From assembly GCA_021613535.1 (NCBI GenBank), contig CP075492.1, positions 10,416,001 through 10,480,000 of the forward strand: a stretch of 64,000 nt of DNA. The letters are read 5' to 3'. The notes under the pieces were generated by a model, which had not been told where the DNA came from, made no database searches, and saw nothing but the letters and a program-made list of their open reading frames with translations. Below are positions 50,831 through 63,368 of the stretch, in pieces. Made by a program: the position numbers and the translations under genes. This DNA comes from Adineta vaga. Lineage: Eukaryota; Animalia; Rotifera. The stretch's first letter is position 1, and every line of letters begins with the position of its first letter.

Positions 50831-53612
50831 ATGGCCCATGAAATACTCAAAAAGCTTTGTTCAGGATTACCATTAAACCCTTTACCACCACCAAAAACAT
50901 CGCGTCATACCGATGTTCCACATGCACCGGATAGAAAACCAGCATTATCTAACGAAGAACGAAAAGTAATGTAGACAATTTTTCAAAGTTACTTAGGAAG
51001 AAAAAGAAGTATTTGATTTTAGTTAGCGATTAAAAATGCACTTCGTTATTTTCCATCGAATGTTCAATTAGAACTTGTTGATGAATTTAAATATGAAATG
51101 GATACATATGGACATATATACATGTATCGATTTCAACCAGATATTGAAATGCGTGCATATCCAATTGATGAATATCCATGTAAATGTAAAGCAGCCGCAG
51201 GAATTATGCTAATGATAATGAATAATTTGGATAAAAGAGTTGCTCAATTTCCTGATGAATTAGTTACATATGGTGGAAATGGACAAGTGTTCTCAAATTG
51301 GGCCCAAGTAAATAATCGGAGTAATCTGTTAACGCAATAAAGAAGATATTTGTTTAAAAATAATTTAGTTTTTAATGGTTATGAATTATTTGAGTATTAT
51401 GACAGATGAACAAGTTCTTGTTATGTATTCAGGACATCCTATGGGTTTATTTCCAACGCGAACTGAATTTTCACCACGAGTGGTCATTACAAATGGTTTA
51501 GTAAGTTGAATACATTCAAAAGCTAATCTAGAAAAATGTTTGTATCAATTTAGGTCATTCCAAATTATTCATCAAGCAGCGATTATGAACGTATGTTTGC
51601 ACTTGGTTGTACCATGTACGTTAAATCAAAAATTTGATAGAATGAAATGAAAAAATTGTATGAGTAGGTATGGTCAGATGACAGCTGGATCCTATTGTTA
51701 TATTGGACCACAGGGTATCGTACATGGCACGTTTGTATGTATCGAAAATTATGCTTTTGAAAAGAGAACTTGTTCTTTAAAATAATCTGTTTATATTAGA
51801 TTACAATTATGAATGCTGGTCGAAAGAAACTTGGTACAAATGATCTTCGTGGAAAAGTTTTTCTTTCATCAGGTAATTTTTGATAGAGAAAACTATCTGA
51901 ATCATAAATTGATGAATTATTAGGCATGGGTGGAATGTCTGGTGCTCAATCGAAGGCATGTCAACTTCTTGGATGTATTGGTGTGATTGCAGAGGTAAGT
52001 GAAGAAGCCGCGAAAAAACGACATAATCAAGGCTGGTGTCAAGAATTGATCTATGATCTCAATCAACTCATTGATCGAATCCGAGAATGTCGAGAAAAGA
52101 AAATTTCACGTGCAATTGGTTATGTTGGAAATGTAGTTGACGTATGGTGAGATAGTTAGTCTCATTTTAATCGAATCATCGAATATGTCATGAATTTATA
52201 TAGGGAACGTTTAGCAACTGAAAAAGAAACATTAGTTGATCTTGGTTCTGATCAAACATCATGTCACATTCCGTATCATGGAGGATATTACCCAGTTCAA
52301 GTAGATGATGAGAAATTATTGTCAATTCATTTATTAATTAAGATTTTAGTTGTCCTATGATGAAGCTCGACAATGTATGAAAGATAATCCAGAAAAATTT
52401 AAGGATCTTGTTCATGAAAGGTTGATTTGATTGTTTCGATCTGATTTTTGTTTACCTTGATATATATTTAGTATCCGACGTCAAATTGTCGCTATTGATA
52501 AATTATATGAACGCGGAATGTATTTTTTTGATTATGGAAATGCATTTTTACTTACAGCTAAGCGTGCAGGTGAAATTTAATTTTTTCGAAATCGTATGAA
52601 TAAAAAGTCTTCTGTATTAGGTGCTGCTGTTGGTGGTAATGATGATAAACGTTGTATTCGTTTCAAATATCCATCATACGTTCAAGATATAATGGGAGAT
52701 ATATTTTCACTTGGTTTTGGTCCATTTCGGTTCGAACTCATTTGTTATTATTCAATAATTATCTTTTATTTAGATGGGTGTGTGCATCTGGTTTAGAAAG
52801 TGATCTTCAACAAACAGACGCTATTGCTCGAAATGTTATTGAAAAACTTATGTCTACTGAAAATAGTAAGTGTTAGATGAGGTTAATCTATTGCATAGAA
52901 ATAACATTTTGTAGCTCCAAATAATGTACTTGAACAATATGAAAGTAACTTAAGATGGATTCGAGAAGCTTGTGATGCAAAATTGGTAGTTGGTTCACAA
53001 GCACGAATTCTTTATTCGGATCAAGTCGGTCGAATTAATATTGGTTTAGCATTTAATGAAGCTGTACGAAATGGTCAATTGAAAGGACCTATTATTCTTT
53101 CAAGAGATCATCATGATGTCTCTGGAACAGATTCACCTTTTCGTGAAACAGCAAACATTGAAGATGGATCTGCATTTTGTGCTGGTATATATATGACATC
53201 AAATTCAATTCTTTTCTAATTGAATTCTATTCAGATATGTCAGTACAAAATATTATTGGAGATTCATTTCGTGGTGCAACATGGGTATCATTACATAATG
53301 GTGGTGGTGTAGGTTTTGGTGAAGTAATGAATGGTAAAGAACACGACATTTCAATGTTGTCTTATCGAAAAAGTATAAATCTATTTTCATTTAGGTGGTT
53401 TTGGTATGTTTCTTGATGGAAGTGCAAAGGCTGATGAGAACATTCGACAAATGTTGTATTGGGATGTTATCAATGGTGTTAGTCGACGTACGTGGGCAGG
53501 AAATAAGAATGCACGACAAACAGTCGAACGCGCAATGTCGAAAGAATCTAAACTAAAAGTAACATTACCAAATGATGTAACAGAAGAATGTATGAAGAAG
53601 CTATCAATATGA
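50831..53612 (+). CDS. UROC1: Urocanate hydratase (eukaryotic type), multi-exon
   Basis: NALRYFP, GHIYMYRF, AQFPDELVTYGGNGQVFSNWAQ, YGQMTAGSYCYIGPQGIVHGT, GMGGMSGAQ, SDQTSCH, SRDHHDVSGTDSPFRET, HNGGGVG. Confidence 0.97.
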
Positions 53613-54273
53613 TGACGATTTAACAGACTTCGAATTCGATTTGAAAATAAAACCCATCTTTTATAATTACTAACATCTTTACTAAAATAATAATTAGCAT
53701 TACATTTAAATACATTTACTTTGAAATTATTTCAGCTGAAGTGCAGGATCATTGACTCTCATCATAGTCGGTACGCTCATATAATCTTGAATAGGAGACG
53801 AAATTCTCTACAACTGTTTTATATCTTGTCATATAGCTTACATCTTGATATCATTCTCCAAAATCGATGATATTTCTTAATTTATTTTTATACTTTTAAC
53901 AAGAACAGACATAAATTTGACGATGCATAACAGAAAAAGTTATTGATATGGAAGAGAGAAATGAATAAAACCCAATTTAACAAAAATTCAAGATCAAGTA
54001 TCTGGTATTAATCAATAGGACAAGTCAATGGAATCGATTTTTCTCGAACATGACAAATCATTCTGATGAAAGAACTACTCAAAGAAATATGCGATCAATA
54101 CTTTAAAAATAAGACATTCAACAGATGAATTGTCCGCCTTGAATCTTTAATTACAGTTCTTTCTTTTTCTCACTCTATATATTTGCTTGTTTCTCTCCCA
54201 TTTATGAAACCATTTGAATACATTTCAGATCACTTCTTATCCTCATTTCATAATAAAACAGAACCTATCTATC

Positions 54274-54639
54274 ATGTACCGTGTATCGCTCATTTTTTTA
54301 CCAATGATCTTGGCTATTTTAACAATGACTATGGCAAATCCATGTCCATGTGAATTGATTGTTAATGAATCATTATCAAATAATGGTCAAAATTTAAATA
54401 CGGATTCAGCAAACAATCAGCTAGTTGATATTGATACACTTGATGATTATCTTGATCAGTTGAATGAACAAACTCGTCCAGAAAGCTTATCCGATATTAC
54501 ATCATTGTATCCATTACTTCAACAAACAAAAAATTTAGATACAAATGCTCCACGTCTAAAACGACCAAGTTGGGCAGCAGTTGGAAAACGAGCAGCATCT
54601 CTTCATAACAAACGACCATCATGGGCTCAAGTTGGTTAA
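54274..54639 (+). CDS. Neuropeptide precursor with two PSWAxV-amide peptides
   Basis: Signal peptide MYRVSLIFLPMILAILTMTMA, acidic spacer, then KR-PSWAAV-G-KR-AASLHN-KR-PSWAQV-G-stop. Confidence 0.8.
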   Translation: MYRVSLIFLPMILAILTMTMANPCPCELIVNESLSNNGQNLNTDSANNQLVDIDTLDDYLDQLNEQTRPESLSDITSLYPLLQQTKNLDTNAPRLKRPSWAAVGKRAASLHNKRPSWAQVG

Positions 54640-55374
54640 ACAAAAACTGACACAGTGTTCTATTATTCCCTTTGAAAAAATAAAAACAGCTAGAAAATCA
54701 TACAGAATAAAACCATGTAACATTTTTGTTTGTTTAGCATGACAATTAAATAGATAAACAAGAATCATGTTTCATTATATATGACAAAATAAACAACAAT
54801 ATTCCTATCCAATATCTTGAATTGATCGTGTTCTTTTGGATAATCGAACTCATACATCAATCAGTTCATTTATCATTGAAAAGCGCATGAGGACAGAACA
54901 TGAATCATCAATTTATTCTTTTCTTCTATGTGTGTCTATGTCAAATCAGCAAAGTAAGATTAATAGAAAGAATGACTGGCAACTTTAGCAAGGTCAATAT
55001 GAATCAATATAAAAAAAATCCTCTCAAAGAAAAAAAATGAGAGAGAGAGAGAAGGACAGAATATATCGACATACCAAACAACAACAGCAAGCTTCTTTGA
55101 CATTATTATTTTGATCTTAGCATATACGTAAAAAGAAAGGAAATCTGATCACTTGTATTTCTCCTCCTACTCGTTGATCGACGTCAATCATTGACAAACA
55201 TGTATCATATCAAGTGATAAAAAGAATCAATTCTGTTTATGTCAAAAAAGAAAAGAAGAAAATATCGAAGACTAATAGGTGATAAGAATAAAAAGAGAAG
55301 AAAAAGAAAAAGACAAAATTGAAATTCTAAAACACAACACACACACATGTATGACTGTTCAAATAGGAGATATC

Positions 55375-56811
55375 TTATTGTCGTCGACTCTTTTTCTTAA
55401 GTACTTCAGTCGATTTACCATATGTTGCAATAACTGTTTCTTGAATTTCACATTCACCAAAAAGAATATAAAAATATCCATTATTACCCCAACCAGTACC
55501 CCAAGAATTGGCTACAATCCAATACTCTTCTTTATGTTGTGTATTTCGATCATAACTTGTACCCCAACCAAGTAAACGAACTGAATGATAAGCAGCCAAA
55601 TTGGCATAGCGAGGATTCTGTCGATCATAATTTGAACTACCGCAACGATAAATACCAGATTCATATAAGAAAAATTCCGGTGTAACACGCATTGTAGCTT
55701 GAACAGGACCACGAAAATGTATTTCATATTTAATTGAACGTGCTTCATCACGAACACGATAAGCTGGACCAAAATTAAAATGTTCACCACCTCCCGTATT
55801 GGATGGACATTGAATATTTGTTACTTTTCGATGTTGAGCAATACTTTGTAAATCAGTATCAGATAGATGAAGTTTACATTCACCAATATTACCCGTTTGA
55901 CCGCTTTCATAAGGATAACAATTTTCTGTAACAACACCACGATCTTTAATAAAACCCCATGCATAGGCAACTCGACCACCTTGACAATTATCTTTTGCAG
56001 CTTTATCTGTACATGAGAGAATATTTTGAACACTTAACGGAGCGTTTGGTGATTTAATATTTTGTACAAGCGATAAACGATCAGCAGCGACATCAACTGT
56101 GGATAATGCCCATGAAATACCACATTTACCTTGATCACGTATACCACGAATTTTACCAGAAAGTGATGCATTTGAACGAATATCATATGCCTCAACATCA
56201 TCCATACGATGATAATCTGTTGGATTATCGGGTGCATTATCAACCATTGTACGTAAACTTCGATCAGGTATTGTTCCCAAATAATGATTTAATGCATCTT
56301 TAACTTTTACACCATTAAATTTATCATATTTACGTACTTTATAACCTAAATGTGGTTGTCGATTGATATGTGAAATAAGTTCATCACTATTAATACATAA
56401 ATCTTCATCACATGATAATGTTGTTTGAAATCCCAATGTTACACAACGACATAAATTACAATCACGTAAAAATGATTCACCTAATGAATATTGTCGATTC
56501 GTGGATGGATCGTAACATGTACTGGGTGGTTGAGGTGCTGCTGTTGTTGATTGTGTCGTATTTTCACCTTTACAAAAGCTATCATGATCAGGACAACAAT
56601 CATGATTATCGATGCCACGAAAACAAAATGTATCGCAATAACACCGAGAATCATAATATGGCATAAAACAATCATCATCTCGACTAACACAACATTGTGG
56701 ATGCGGACGTATAGCACAATATGGTTTGATTTCTTCCCATTCAGCATAACGACCATCAGTTATATTCAATAATAAGATTAAAATATTTACGAAGAAAAAT
56801 AACCGTGCCAT
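55375..56811 (-). CDS. TINAG/TINAGL1-like inactive cathepsin B-family protein, intronless
   Basis: Signal peptide, somatomedin-B domain (CYCDTFC...DCCPD), vWC-like DCNLCRC, papain domain with QGKCGISWA (catalytic Cys to Ser), HSVRLLGWG, ANSWG. Confidence 0.9.
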   Translation of the reverse strand: MARLFFFVNILILLLNITDGRYAEWEEIKPYCAIRPHPQCCVSRDDDCFMPYYDSRCYCDTFCFRGIDNHDCCPDHDSFCKGENTTQSTTAAPQPPSTCYDPSTNRQYSLGESFLRDCNLCRCVTLGFQTTLSCDEDLCINSDELISHINRQPHLGYKVRKYDKFNGVKVKDALNHYLGTIPDRSLRTMVDNAPDNPTDYHRMDDVEAYDIRSNASLSGKIRGIRDQGKCGISWALSTVDVAADRLSLVQNIKSPNAPLSVQNILSCTDKAAKDNCQGGRVAYAWGFIKDRGVVTENCYPYESGQTGNIGECKLHLSDTDLQSIAQHRKVTNIQCPSNTGGGEHFNFGPAYRVRDEARSIKYEIHFRGPVQATMRVTPEFFLYESGIYRCGSSNYDRQNPRYANLAAYHSVRLLGWGTSYDRNTQHKEEYWIVANSWGTGWGNNGYFYILFGECEIQETVIATYGKSTEVLKKKSRRQ

Positions 56812-57000
56812 CTTTGAACAAGAAAATGCAGAGATTCCTGTTTAACACTGAAGACTATCCCGTTAGTCACCGTTACCAACACTATAATAAGAGAGAGAGA
56901 GAGAGAAGAAAACAACAACAGGATAATTTCTATGAGAAAAAGAGGGAAACTAGAAAATAAAAAAAAGAAATACCTACAAAAGATAGATGGAAGGAAGAGG

Positions 57001-57057
57001 AGGAGAGACAGAGCGAGAGGGGGAGAGAGAGAGAGAGAGCGAGAGAGCGAGAGGGAG
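57001..57057. repeat. GA-rich simple repeat upstream of TINAGL1-like gene
   Basis: Imperfect (GA)n tract; a second (GA) run at about 56890-56906. Confidence 0.8.
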
Positions 57058-58681
57058 ACGACACAAAAAACTACTATCGATGGTGATCGTTTTTTCGCAT
57101 GTGTCTCTGTCTGTGTATTGCCGACAACGCGGTGTATATATTTCAATAGTGTTCTACCCTGCAAACCGGCTCTGAAATTAATCTCTTTTTTGAAAAGGAA
57201 AAACATATTCAAATCAAGGTCGATGTCTGATTGTGTGAAGTAATAATGAAAAAGCATCTGTCAAAAACTTTGCTGTGTAATTATAAATTTTAAGAAAGAA
57301 AGAAAGAAAAACTTGCAAGTGTATTAAGTTCCTATCGTTTTTAAATCTGATTGATACATGAACAAATTATCACGAGTATACATTGAATAAATATCAAAGA
57401 GTGAAAGAATAGATCAACCGCAAGCGCGCAAATCTTTATGTATATAGAGTCATATTTATATGCAGGTGTTTCATTCAGAATTTTTCTTTTTCTCTTTCGC
57501 TTCTTCCTAAGCACCGATTAATTATCAACAACGATCATCATGGATTCGATTCTTTTCGTCATTTTAGTTTTACACACATGACAAACAAAAAGAAACGTTG
57601 TATTTTCTTCTTTTCTGTATGTGAAAATAATTGGTTGACGTTTATTTCAATTAATATTCTCCTATATACATAGGATATATTACAAAATGACGAAAGAGAA
57701 TGTAAAAGATCGAAAGAATATGATTTACATCTTGTTGTGTTTGTATGTAGTGTTGTTATTATGATGATTATATGCAATCTTAGAAGATGCATGAAGGAGA
57801 AGAGAGGGAAAAAAAAGAATGAAGCGAAAGCAACGATATTTTTGTATTCCAATAAACATACGCATTTGTTATTAATGTGTAACAAGTTCTTTCAATCGAA
57901 ATGTCATTAACTAATAAATAGAAAACAATCAGAGATTTTTCTATTTTTTTTTCATATATACAGATGTATGTTATATTGAAGGATGTTAACAAGTAGATAA
58001 GTATCTTCAACAGACATTCTGGCATTTTCTTCTTTGAGAAAAAATATTTTAGAATCGTCAAGGTTAAATATGTCATCTATCAATAGGGATAGATTTCAAT
58101 CGACATATGTGTCACCTTGGTAAGGTAAAATATTTAGATGGAAGTGATATATTGTCTGTTTCTTCCAGTGATGAAACTAGTCGATTGTTTATGTACGAAC
58201 TAACTGATAAGACAACGTCTCATAAATGAATTGATACTCTTAATGTAAATGAAAATCAGATGTGACAGGTTTTTTCTTGTCTTTCTTAAAGAGAGAGAGA
58301 GAAAATGTTGACTAAAGCTTTAAGGAGAAGACCTTAAGAATATTGACAATTTCAATCATACGTATCAACATATGGGAAAGAGACAAAGTGATAAATGATA
58401 ATGATTCTTTTCGTTTTTCTTTTCTGAAAGGAGTGAGTATTAGTTGATAAATGTTAACCATCACAATTTCAACACTCTTTCTATTTGTAATATCACCCAT
58501 GCTATTTGTCAATTAATAATATAGATATCAATATAATCTATGCATGTTCTCATTTTCTCAGCAGTACACTATCAAGGTTATCAAGATGATAAAGTGATTG
58601 AATGACAAACTTTCTAAGACTATACATAACAGCTGTGTTAAAGATAAGAAAAAGAAAAGAATAATCGTTTATTCTTGCTGA

Positions 58682-59593
58682 TTAATTAACAAGTTCAATT
58701 TTTCGTTCAATGATTAAATTAAATTTTTCTTTTAATAATTGTTTTAATTCACTTTCATCGGTTGATAATGGAGTTAATGTACGAATCATATGTCCATCCT
58801 TGTATATCCATTCACAATACTCTTTACCACTTATAGCATAAGCACCAACACCAATTGTCGGTTGACATGTATGCAGATGACAAACAGTATAATGATTCAA
58901 GAAAACATCCGGTGAATGAACGATATAAGGACATGTACTTTGAAAATCTTCAAGTTTTGTTGATTTTTCTGCGAAATTTATTCGAAAACGATAAGAATTA
59001 CGCCAACTAATACATTCAGGATCAATGTCAACAATTGAAGTTTGAAATGTTGATGATAGAGGAAATTGAACATCTTTTTTCAGATAACCCTGTTCAAGTT
59101 TATAGTATAATTGATCATTCATTTTTGTTAGCCGATAAAATCCATTTGTAGCATATTGAATACAATCTTTTCGAAAGAATAAGGGTGTTAGAGAATCCAT
59201 TGAAAAACCAACATCACATAAGAATTGTTCACCATTTTTCAATGTAACACATATTGCTAGATGACTATAATCATCAAAATAATCATCTTTATCGTTCCAA
59301 TAAACTCCACATGGAATTAATTGAACTTTATAATTGAAATTTTGAAGAATGAATGCAAACAGACCATTCATTTGGTAACATACACCACCTCGTTTTTGAC
59401 GGACAAGTCGTTCAAAAATATAATCTAGTTCGATATTTAATTCTTTAAGATCGATTAAATCAAATGTTTCAAATGGAATATGTGTTAAATGTCCAATATG
59501 TAATTGAATGAGATATTCTTCATCAGATATATTATTTGGACGATTGAGTTCAATTCGTTGTAAATACTCATCGACACGATTTTCATTTTCCAT
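58682..59593 (-). CDS. Arylamine N-acetyltransferase, intronless
   Basis: YLQRI, HLTHIPFE, RGGVCYQMNGLF (Cys), SHLAI (His), CDVGF (Asp) catalytic triad; ATG at 59593 directly after a tttcAG acceptor. Confidence 0.92.
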   Translation of the reverse strand: MENENRVDEYLQRIELNRPNNISDEEYLIQLHIGHLTHIPFETFDLIDLKELNIELDYIFERLVRQKRGGVCYQMNGLFAFILQNFNYKVQLIPCGVYWNDKDDYFDDYSHLAICVTLKNGEQFLCDVGFSMDSLTPLFFRKDCIQYATNGFYRLTKMNDQLYYKLEQGYLKKDVQFPLSSTFQTSIVDIDPECISWRNSYRFRINFAEKSTKLEDFQSTCPYIVHSPDVFLNHYTVCHLHTCQPTIGVGAYAISGKEYCEWIYKDGHMIRTLTPLSTDESELKQLLKEKFNLIIERKIELVN

Positions 59594-60020
59594 CTGAAAA
59601 GAAACATGGTCATTTTTTTTAAATTTCAGTAAGAATGTTTTATGAATCATAGAATTTGTTTTTGTTTTATATACACTATTACAAGTATCGATTATCACAT
59701 TAATACTGAATAACATTTGATTATTATCATAAACAAAGAACACGATTTGAATATTCAATGTAGCATTCTTTACTCTTCGAACTTTATAACTACCAATTTC
59801 TTCCTTATTAAAGTACATTTTTCTGTTTCTAGTCGAAAATAAAATAGATTTTGATATTCAAACAATCTGTTTCATTCAATAGAAAAATACGCAATACTCT
59901 GTCAATCAAGCAGTTTAACTTGTTTAAACATTCATTTTTATTCTTAAAATATATGCTTAAAGAACAAGTTCCCAAAACCCATGTTTTATATGTATATTTT
60001 TTCCGTTTAAAGAAGACTGT

Positions 60021-62912
60021 TTATTGTGTTTGATTCGTATCGGTTGCAAACGATGCAAATGACATGTTTTCTTTTGCATTTAAACCTAATTTTTTGATAA
60101 ACTCGATTTTTTCAGTTGATAATGATGCAGATGCGTTGCTTGCTGTTGATTGTTGAATAACATAATCTATGCAAAAGGGTATGTTTATTTATATTCAATC
60201 CTAAAAAAATCATTACCTTGCATTTCATGTAAATTTTGATTTATATTGGTTGGAAGAGCTTTTGATAAATATTTAATTAACGCTGGTACAGCTTTTCCTG
60301 GTGCATGAACAAATCGACCAGCATGCACGGCATAGAAGATAAGTGTTACCGATAAATGAAGGATCATAGCTGGATCTTGTTCATCCGTTAATTTTGCTTT
60401 GAGTTTCTCACGAATATCCAGAGCTATATCTCTACAATACAACCGAGTTAATATTGATCATCAAAAGTTCGAATTATACTTTTCATTTTTCTTATTTGGC
60501 CGTTTTAATGTCAGTTGAAGTAATTCATTTGCTGCATCTTCCAATCGAGTTAATGTTGTTTCCACGTTCTTCAAAAAATCAAAATTAGATTTATATAGAA
60601 AAACTCCTTTCTATTTACTTTGCCATTGAGAGATTCATTCACTTTGGATAGATAACTTCGATTTGGTTCGGACATTTTTTGAATGATTTTATTACGTTCC
60701 TTTGAGAAAAAATGGAAGACATGATCAAATATAAGATTTCGTAAAAATCATATTTACTTCAATGCTTAATTGTCCGGATTTTGAACTTGTTGATGGATCA
60801 ATTTCTCGAATAATATTATCGCACACATCAGAACAGAGTGAACGAATTAAATGTCGTTGTAAAGTTTCCGCTAAAAGTAAAATTGAAGTTAGTTGAACAA
60901 ATTGGAATTGTTTATAGAGAATTTACCAAGGCCAGTTTCATTTTCTGCGACTAACTGTTCAATTGCACGTGAAAAGATACAAATATTTCCATGAATTTGT
61001 TTAATCGAATCTTGAACATTCTTCATTTCATTCTTTCGTGTTGTATCACCACTTGCTTCAGATTCTTTTACAATAAAACTTTCTTTCACACGTTGAATAA
61101 ATAGATCAAGATATTGACGACTTTTTATACTGAAATAAAACAAAAACGAAAACATCTCTTCTTTTCTCAAATAAATGAAATTTACCTATAAAGATTATCT
61201 GTTAGTAAATCGATAATTTCATCTGGTAATTCTTCATTAATCGATCGAATTTGAGATTTAATTTCGTCTTTACCAACGAATGGAATTGTCTCTTGATTTG
61301 AATTTGTATCTTCGGCGACTTTCGATGCTCCTTTACGTTTACCAGTTGATGTCGTAGATTTTTTCGCTGCAGCAGCAGCAGCAACTTTTGCAGCGGGAGA
61401 GAGTGTAGCCAGTGTAATATTACCTTGAAGAACAGCTGCATACATTTGTGGTGTACAATGAGCAGATTCCTAGAACATAAAATGGATCGATCTATCTTCA
61501 TTCGCTGAAGTTATTCTTACCTTTTCTGCATATTCTTGACAAATTTGATCCAATTTCTTATCGATTTTGTCTTGTAATTCTTTGCCAATAACAAATGTAT
61601 TCGAAAGAAGTTCCCCACCCGATGTTTTAATCACTTCTTTAATTGATGCTTCTGATTTGAATAATTTGTCAATATCATTTTCAGTGAAACTATTCGGTAT
61701 TAGCGTTGTTAAATCCACATATTCATTCGAAACTAAACCTTGTTCAATATTCATTTCTAATTGTGGAAGAAACTTCGGTAAATCAATACAACCAGATATT
61801 AAATAAAGAATTTCACGACGATCTTTTAATACTAATTTCGTTTGTCCTTCAGGATCCGTGACACCAAGATTACGTACAAGTGAATATTCGATATAACCAT
61901 TTTGAGAAAAGAATGTTTCAATATATTTTGCTTGTGCATCTGTATAGACTTTTGGATAAAAAATAGAATTTTCCTTTGTCGTACCGATAAGATTTCCATT
62001 AATTCGATTTTCACGAATCAAATTTACGACAAGACCTAAAAATGAAACAATCTATTCATCGAAATCTTCACCAAAGATTAGTTCTTCTTTACCTTGAGTA
62101 AGATTTTCATTAACACGGGTAGTTTTTATCATTTCATTGATACGTACAGGTAAAAGTGCTCCTTGTAAATAACCGATAAGAATATTTTGTTGTAAACGAA
62201 CATAATTTTCAGTATATAAAGTTCCAGATTCATATTTAATACCATTTAATGCTGAACCAATGATTCGATTTGTAACAATTGAATTTAAATATTCTGTTGG
62301 TAAATCAAATTGACGAATCAATTCACTGAATGCAATTAAACCACGTTCAACTAACATATCATTGATTTCTTCCACTAAACGATTTGTATAATCACTTGAA
62401 ATAGGAAAAGAAAAAAAACATGAATAAATATCGTTTTAAAGAAGACATACGCAGATATAAATTGTCCCAATGTAAATTGTAAAGTAGGATCTTCTTTACA
62501 TACATCACCGACTTTACTTTCAATATAAGTTAAATCAATTCGAAGATGTTGTGCCAAATCAACAATATTAATTCGACCTAAATATCAATATGTATGATGA
62601 CAACGAGAGAATAGTAAAGGTATAAAGTACACACCTCCATTCGCATATATTTCATCAAGAATTTCACGAATAAGTCGTTGTTCAGTTATAATATCCTTTC
62701 CATCGGTAGTATAAATCACATTCAATAGACCTTCTTTTACTAATAGACCAATCAATTCCACACAATTTCTTTCGGAAAGTCTAAATATATCAATATTAAT
62801 AGATACAACAACATATTATTTAGTCTATATACTTATTGGCTGTTTCAGTTAATTGTAAATTAAGAAAATCAGTACGTAAACTACGAATTTCATCCCATGT
62901 CACATCGGCCAT
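60021..62912 (-). CDS. UFL1: E3 UFM1-protein ligase 1, multi-exon
   Basis: N-terminus WDEIRSLRTDFLNLQ...LSERNCVELI...VIYTTDGKDIIT, GGRINIVDL, FFSQNGYIEY, LQRHLIRS, DPAMILHL...HAPGK. Confidence 0.93.
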
Positions 62913-63368
62913 CGTTTATTATTTACGTATATATTGCAGAGTAGAAGAAATAAATAAGAATAAGAATAATAGTAATAATATTACAACGTAAGCTCAAATG
63001 ACGCATAGGCATATTTCAAACAACCAATCATCGTTTGTTACCATTGAAAACATCATCAGACAGAGTGCGCTTTAGTTATTTTGCAATTATTGAAAATGAA
63101 TCCTTCTTCTTTTTTTCTATATTCTATTTTATCTGTTGTATGTATTTCTTACGCAATAAGCTGATTGAAAGCCAAGGAAAAAACGAACACATACTTTTAC
63201 AAAAGAAAATTGAAAATATACAATTCTGAGATATTAAGATTGACTAATATTAGGATAGAAAAAGGTTACTCGACACGCAGTTTTCTAAAAACAAAAAACA
63301 AAGGATCAATCAATCACACTTCATAGTTAATCACGAGAAAACAATTAAAAAACAAATCGATCTCCTTT

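Noticed and set aside
56787-57257. ORFs of 156 aa (-) and 103 aa (+) upstream of the TINAGL1-like gene
   Set aside because: Products of GA/CT simple repeats (SLSLS, RERER); no domain content.
59594-59818. 75-codon N-terminal extension of the NAT ORF
   Set aside because: NAT homology starts at MENENRVDEYLQRI, which follows a strong acceptor; the upstream part looks like AT-rich intron/UTR.
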